Source: the human T2T-CHM13v2.0 reference genome, Homo sapiens. Taken from it: DNA of 64,000 bases. The stretch lies in NCBI RefSeq assembly GCF_009914755.1, contig NC_060934.1; one strand, 5' to 3'. The position numbers were made by a program, and so were the translations under genes. The notes beneath the pieces are model-generated. The model saw only the letters and a program-made list of their open reading frames with translations, had not been told where the DNA came from and made no database searches. Position 1 is the first letter of the stretch. Each line of letters begins with the position of its first letter. Below are positions 59,170 to 64,000 of the stretch, piece after piece.

Positions 59170-60480
59170 GGAACCTCAGTCCATGATGAAGATCTGACAA
59201 AATCTCAGCCAACCCAACGGGGAGCTCCAGAGCAAAGATTGCTCATTAAAGAAACCCACAGAAATGGCCAGGCCCTAGTGTCCTTACTGTGCTCAGTCAC
59301 TGGGTGGGGGTTACCTTGGAAGAATGCAGATTCGGCTTGAAAGTGAAGGCAGATCATGAATTCATTAACAGCTGAGGCTGCCAGCAAGTTCTTCCTTCAA
59401 GGGTGTTATGAGCAGTAAACCTCCATGGTTGCCACAATCCACCCTTGTGCTGTGTGGCTTCGTATCACCATATACACTTGCAGAGCAGCTTCTTTGGGGT
59501 CCCAGTGAGCCTCTCTTCCTAAGGGGAAACTGAGAAGAGGGAGCTTAGGGGCTCCAATTGGTATTCACTATCCCCACCTTCCCCACCCAATGTCCATTCT
59601 AAATTCCCTGCTTCCTCAGCTACCACCTCCGTGGCTTACCTACTGAGCTGACTCTAACTCCCATTCCTGAGGGGTCTGGACCCCTGATAATCACACTTTT
59701 CTCAGATCAGGATGGCTGCACTTGTCCATTCACAGTCACATCTGGATAAAGGAGTAACAGGAAGTGCCCCTGCAGATCACCTGAGTTCTGTAAATGTTCC
59801 TCTCAATTGTATAAGAAAGAGGTGTAAGCCTCACCTTTTTCTGCTGGTCAGGGCCAATGACACCTTTCAGGACAATGACTCCTGTTCTTGCCTGCTGGTC
59901 CTGAATATAAAGAGCCAAAGTGCCCAGAGGGCAGCTGAGGCTGGTAGTTTAATGGAAATCTTGCTGTGTCCCTTGGCAAGGGTGTGTCCCCTTTTGGAAC
60001 TGGGACCTCTAATCCTGCAGAGCCCAGAGTTAAAGGGACAAAAAGAAAAGCCCCCTAGTGGGTCATTGAAAATGATGTTAGGTAGGGCCACTTGTGCTTC
60101 TATACCTTGGTTCCTACTGGAGACCCAGCAGCATATGGAGGTGTCTGATTCAGTATGTATACTTCATCCTATTGGATGCCTATGAGTTAGTGTTTCAGCT
60201 GTGCCTTTTTCAGAGTGTTGCCTGTGAGTTAGTGTTTCAGTTGTTTCTTTCCAGCAAATCATTTCATTACTCTAATAGGCTGGTAGTGTCTGGATGGGGC
60301 AGTATGTGATATGACCATTGGGTCTCCTGGTTATGGCTCTCACTCTCATACCTCCTTCTCTCCCATACCTTCAGTGGGTTCTCTGATCAGATGCTGTATT
60401 GTCTAGGATTCTATGACTATGGATCAGGCGTTCCATAGCCAGACCCTCCAAATCTGATAAAATCCCATGCAGCTATCTTC
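59170..60480 (-). mobile_element. ERVL-class provirus remnant: LTR16-like 3' LTR (about 59170-59436) plus internal region with polypurine tract and frameshifted dUTPase
   Basis: Minus strand reads PPT aagggtggat then TGTGGCAACCATGGAGG (LTR start); upstream translates to SAGLEVPVPKGDTPLPRDT..LPSGHFG and DQQARTGVIVLKGVIGPD. Confidence 0.7.
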
Positions 60481-60672
60481 TACTGTGATGCAGTAACAGA
60501 GAGACCCAATTAATTAATTTTATTGATGTAGATCCTGTAAAAATACAACTTAAGAGTGCAATTGGTACAAAGATAGAAACAAATCTACACATACTAGTCA
60601 CCTAACTTATGACAAAAATGACACTGCTGTGCAGTGAGTGGTAATAGATGATTATGTTAATAAATGGTGCTG

Positions 60673-61276
60673 GTTGGGCAGGTGGTATGGCCCACACCTG
60701 TAATCCCAGCACTGTGGGAGGCCAAGGTGGGAGTATCACTTGAGGCCAGGAGTTTGAGATCAGCCCAGGGAACAAAGTGAGACCCTATGTCTACCAAAAA
60801 ATGTTTAAAAATTAGATGGACATGGTGGCACACACTTGTAATACCAGCTACTTGAGACTGCAGTGAGCTATGATCATGCCACTGCACTCCAGCCTGGGAA
60901 ACACAGTGAAACCTTGTCTCTAAAAAATAAATGCATACATACATACATACATACATAAAAATAAATTATGCTGGGCTGGGAGCAGTGGCTCATGCCTGTA
61001 ATCCCAGCACTTTGTGAGGCCAAGGCAGGTGGATCACCTGAGGTCAGGAGTTCAAGACCAGCCTGACCAACATGGCGAAACCGCGTCTCTACTGAAAATA
61101 CAAAAATTAGCCGGGCGTGGTGGTGGGCACCTGTAATCCCAGATACTTGGGAGGCTGAGGCAGGAGAATTGCTTGAACCTGGCAGAGGTTGCAGTGAGCC
61201 AAGATCGCACCATTGCACTCCAGAGCCTGGGCAATAGAGTGAGACTCTGTCTCAAAAAAAAAAAAAAAAAAAAAAA
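60673..61276 (+). mobile_element. Tandem Alus (internally deleted AluJ-like with (CATA)n tail at 60673-60960; AluS at 60975-61276) inside an old + strand L1M fragment (about 60540-61730)
   Basis: Alu motifs; L1 ORF2-like aataaatggtgctgg...caactggatatccacat continues across the insertion. Confidence 0.88.
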
Positions 61277-61744
61277 GGATGCTGGGCAACTGGATATCCA
61301 CATGGAAAAAATGTATCTTGATCTTGAGCCTTCCTTACACTAAACTAAAAAAATAAATCCAGCTGGATTGTTGATCTAAATGTGAATGGTAAGACAATAA
61401 AGCTTTAGGAGAAAACAGAAAATTTCTGATACCTTGGAGTATGCAAAGATTTCTTAAAAAGACAACAAAGTACTTACCAAAAAGGAATATACCTATGAAT
61501 TGGAGTTTAATAAAATTGAGAACTTATGTTTATCAAACAAACAAACCACATGGAATGTCAAAAGGCAAGCCAGGTCTAGGAGAAAATATTTGCAATGGCA
61601 CCTGCTTAACAAAGGACTCCTACCCATTTATATAAAATTCTCTTATTTTCTTACAAATAAGAAAAAGAGATAACCCAACAAAAAGAGCAACAGGCAAGAT
61701 TTAACAGGTGCTTTACCAAAGAGGATATCATTCATTTAATTCAT

Positions 61745-64000
<2,256 letters not shown>

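Noticed and set aside
59712-60185. 157-aa plus-strand ORF as a novel gene
   Set aside because: Lies antisense to ERVL internal sequence, with no recognisable domain, splice context or promoter; a chance open frame.

Overview
Human genomic DNA (an AluYa5 with all five diagnostic bases points to Homo sapiens), recognisable as the UBE2D1-TFAM locus (chr10q21). On the + strand it carries coding exons 2-7 and the 3' UTR of UBE2D1 (E2 ubiquitin-conjugating enzyme UbcH5a; exon 1 lies upstream of the window). It also carries the complete 7-exon TFAM gene (mitochondrial transcription factor A, 246 aa, CDS 29652-39178), with its CpG-island promoter (NRF-1, GC-box and NRF-2/GABP sites) and several poly(A) signals. 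I spliced and translated both genes by hand; all introns are GT-AG with consistent phases. The rest is AT-rich intronic or intergenic DNA full of Alu, L1, L2, MIR, DNA-transposon and LTR/ERV remnants. Nearly all entries in the supplied ORF track are chance or repeat-derived ORFs. I see no new multi-gene system. The most interesting signals are candidate hidden regulatory layers on TFAM: (1) an upstream AUG opening a 99-codon out-of-frame ORF that overlaps the TFAM start; (2) a 62-bp exon-like cassette copied from intron 1 into intron 2 between short direct repeats; (3) a 23-nt candidate microexon that would swap the C-terminal tail without triggering NMD; (4) a transposon-donated poly(A) signal; (5) a MADE1/miR-548-like hairpin; (6) a cryptic donor at intron 4 +113. 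Repeat family names and boundaries are from visual recognition and are approximate.
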